Assembly: GCA_965246715.1 (NCBI GenBank)
Contig: CBDFFH010000015.1
Coordinates: forward strand, 320,001 to 384,000
DNA: 64,000 bases
From: Chamaesiphon sp.
GTDB lineage: Bacteria; Cyanobacteriota; Cyanobacteriia; Cyanobacteriales; Chamaesiphonaceae
Direction: 5' to 3'
The position numbers and the translations under genes were made by a program. Positions within the stretch are counted from its first letter, which is position 1, and every line of letters starts with the position of its first letter. The notes beneath the pieces were generated by a model. That model saw only the letters and a program-made list of their open reading frames with translations, searched no databases and had not been told where the DNA came from. Positions 63,678-64,000 of the stretch are shown here, piece by piece.

Positions 63678-64000
63678 ATGAGCTTAGAATATCCCGATAA
63701 TTTACGCTATGTAGACAGCCATGAGTATGTCAGTACGACCGCAGACGTAGCAACGATCGGTGTGAGTGCCTTTGCAGTAGACCAATTGGGTGATATCGTA
63801 TTTGTCGAATTACCCGAAGTTGGCGAGACGATTAGCAAAGGTAGTGCTTTTGGGACGATCGAGTCTGTCAAAGCCGTCGAAGATCTCAAAGCCCCAATTA
63901 GTGGCAAGGTACTCGAGCGCAATGATGCCGCGATCGATGCGCCAGAAATAATTAGCACCGATCCATATCAAACTGGCTGGTTGCTGAAAATTAGTGTTGA
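63678..64000 (+). CDS. gcvH: Glycine cleavage system H protein (runs off the window; absent from the ORF track)
   Basis: My translation: [18 protein letters not shown]...[20 protein letters not shown]...[20 protein letters not shown]...[11 protein letters not shown]. Confidence 0.95.
   Translation, partial: MSLEYPDNLRYVDSHEYVSTTADVATIGVSAFAVDQLGDIVFVELPEVGETISKGSAFGTIESVKAVEDLKAPISGKVLERNDAAIDAPEIISTDPYQTGWLLKISV

Noticed and set aside
63707..63958. 83-aa minus-strand ORF
   Set aside because: Antisense shadow of gcvH; the many other short antisense ORFs inside long genes were dismissed likewise

Overview
Chromosomal core-genome window from a cyanobacterium. The evidence is chlB, the fbp-tal-zwf-opcA and pilB-pilT-pilC operons, sigG, very dense CGATCG/HIP1-type palindromes and heptamer STRR repeats. 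Frequent TCGATCGA is suggestive of a Chamaesiphon-like genome, but this is unverified. There are about 50 CDS, mostly housekeeping: chlB, malic enzyme, OPP-pathway genes, menF, dnaN, grpE-dnaK-dnaJ, pilBTC, sds, murI, amiC, sir, pcrA, sigG with its anti-sigma, rpsF and gcvH. Accessory DNA comprises three IS elements (partial ISAs1, intact ISKra4 with a 9-bp TSD, intact IS4 with a 10-bp TSD nested in a MITE), two toxin-antitoxin modules flanking sir, an HTH-NB-ARC-WD40 STAND gene, and a modular family of 150-240 bp miniature elements whose terminal repeats and hairpin cores are interchanged. The most notable observations are: (1) single +1 frameshifts in both zwf and opcA; (2) two apparent pseudoproteases, a ClpP lacking Ser/His and a tandem rhomboid paralog lacking Ser/His; (3) an 89-bp duplication making a 25-aa PilB-mimic leader ORF that stops in the pilB RBS; (4) a possible pore-less voltage-sensor-like membrane protein; (5) a candidate structured ncRNA upstream of the AMIN/amiC genes. 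I saw no CRISPR array, tRNA or rRNA. All family calls are from motif recognition by eye, not from database searches.
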